64,000 bases of DNA from Chiloscyllium plagiosum (lineage: Eukaryota): NCBI RefSeq assembly GCF_004010195.1, contig NC_057718.1, forward strand, positions 97,219,644 through 97,283,643, given 5' to 3'. The notes under the pieces are model-generated. The model was not told where the DNA came from. It saw only the letters and a list, made by a program, of their open reading frames with translations, and searched no databases. Every line of letters starts with the position of its first letter. Within the stretch, counting starts at the first letter, position 1. Both the position numbers and the translations under genes were made by a program. Positions 62,336 to 64,000 of the stretch are shown here, piece after piece.

Positions 62336-63141
62336 GCATTTGCAATATTGAACGTTATCTCCTTAAAGTTTCCTTTAGTTGATCTAGTTTAGCCATTGAC
62401 ATTGTGAAACCACGGGCATGTGTGATACTGGCATCCCACACTGAACACCCGAATGCACGGCAACCCCTCATCTGCAGAGAATGTATCAAACTGACTGGAA
62501 AAATACACCTTCCTCACGGATACTGCACCAAACACCAATTTCTTCGTTCATTCATCTGCTTGGTTGGGTGTGAATGATTCCTCGAAGAACCAGGGTCTAT
62601 CTCTGGTGTCTCAGCCAATGCTTATCACTCCATCAACATCACAAAGACAGAGAATCTGGTTATCATTACCGTGCTGTGTGGGGGAGCTTGCTGTCTGCAT
62701 ATTGCCTACCAAGTTCCCTCCCTTCCCACTTGGCGATGCCACGGACATCACTGCAAGAATGGAGTTTTTGTTTTAAATAGCCTCCCTCTTGCTATCTGTA
62801 ACTCTGTCTATGCCTTTGGAATAAACTATCAACTTTGCTTTTTTCTTAAAAAAAAACTTTCTCCAATCAACCTGCTCAGAGATGTTATTAAACACTTCTG
62901 GGACTTGAACCCAGGCCTCCTGGGTCAGAGGTAGGGGCATGACCGCTGCACCACAGGCTCTATTAAAGTGGGCGTTTCGGCTTGTGGCAGGATGTCAAGT
63001 TTGCCAAGAGTTGGGAATTTCGATGATTTTATTACTGAGGCCATCTGCCTGCAGCATGTTCAAGTGTATACCCAAATTGGTCATCATAGCACTTGTAACA
63101 AAAGCTGGTTTGTAGCTGTCAACTAACCTTCTTTAATATGG

Positions 63142-63627
63142 TTAGGGACAAAAAAAAGACCGCAGATGCCGGAATCCAAACTGGACAGGCAGGAGTCCAG
63201 AAGAAGGGTTGCACTTGATGGGTCAAGTTGCCCACCTCCTGATGCTGCCTGGCTTGCTGTGTTCTTCCAGCCTCCTGCCTGTCACCCTTCTTTTCATATG
63301 ATGTGGAGATGCCAGTGTTGGACAAAGTTTAAAAATCACACAACGCCAGGTTATAGTCCAACAGGTTTATTTGGAAGCACTAGCTTTCGGAGCACTGCTC
63401 CTTCATCAGGTGATTGTTCTTAATTACAACTGGAACATGCACATTTACACATTCAATTGTCACAGTCAAAACTCACACGATACCGGGTTATAGTCCAACA
63501 GGTTTATTTGAAACCGCAAGCTTTTGTGCTGATCACAACCACCTAATGCAGGAGCAGCACTCCAAAAGCTAGTGCTTCCAAATAAACCTGTTGGACTATA
63601 ACCTGGTGTTGTGTGATTTTTTTTAAA
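63142..63627. mobile_element. Composite of PLE termini (family E piece plus family B fold-back)
   Basis: Flanked by CTTCTTTAATATGG at 63128-63141 and 63628-63641. Confidence 0.75.
63378..63412 (-). ncRNA. Minimal type-I hammerhead ribozyme motif (intact core)
   Basis: Minus strand CAC-CTGATGA-A-GGAGC-AGT-GCTCC-GAAA-GCTA-GTG; helix I CAC/GTG. Confidence 0.75.
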
Positions 63628-64000
63628 CTTCTTTAATATGGCAATTGCAAAGCCCATTGCAAGGGAGAGATCGAGCCCAATGCTGGGAGAGAGAGATTGA
63701 GACCTGAGCAGGTCAGAGGGTGTCTCATGGAGCATCTACAGGCCTATACACTGCTGAACTTTTAATTTATTTCTTTATTTTTCTATTTTATACTCAAGGT
63801 TCTGTACCTAAGATGGGGGGGGGGGGAATGGCTACCTTGTACACTTTTCACCTTACTCCTGTATGTAAGTACATGTGACAAACCGAATTCTAATTCTCAG
63901 TCCCTCTCTTGTCACCATCCACTGGAGAAGTTCAACATGGAAGAGAGTCAGAATGAAGAGGAAAGGGAAAACTGCTCCACACTGTCACCCAGTGGCCAGG

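Overview
Non-coding, repeat-rich eukaryotic DNA from a cartilaginous fish. The shark/ray assignment is inferred from about 14 copies of the HE1 V-SINE and many fragments of its partner CR1-clade LINE HER1. The window is probably intronic or intergenic. No complete gene, tRNA, rRNA or CRISPR array is supported, and nearly all ORFs in the track are repeat-derived or spurious. Other repeats: further CR1/L2, Rex1, RTE and Tx1 LINE fragments, several more tRNA-derived SINE families (including a Deu-type SINE), a solo LTR with a 4-bp TSD, two Tc1/mariner-pogo-type remnants, minisatellites, and a Penelope-like (PLE) reverse-transcriptase fragment. The strongest signal is a set of about ten short (140-330 bp) fold-back insertions from at least four PLE-terminus families. 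They turn around at a minimal type-I hammerhead ribozyme motif (CUGANGA-A-stemII-GAAA-CGUC or -GCUA), most have 8-15 bp TSDs, and five of them have one arm exactly 35 nt longer than the other. Also notable: PLE pieces flanked by 71-bp and 521-bp direct duplications, a ~383-bp inverted duplicate 36 kb apart, an unclassified 1.7-kb element with terminal direct repeats, and one candidate exon/alternative promoter at about 55.1-55.3 kb. Family names come from recognition by eye, without database searches, and repeat boundaries are approximate unless a TSD is given.
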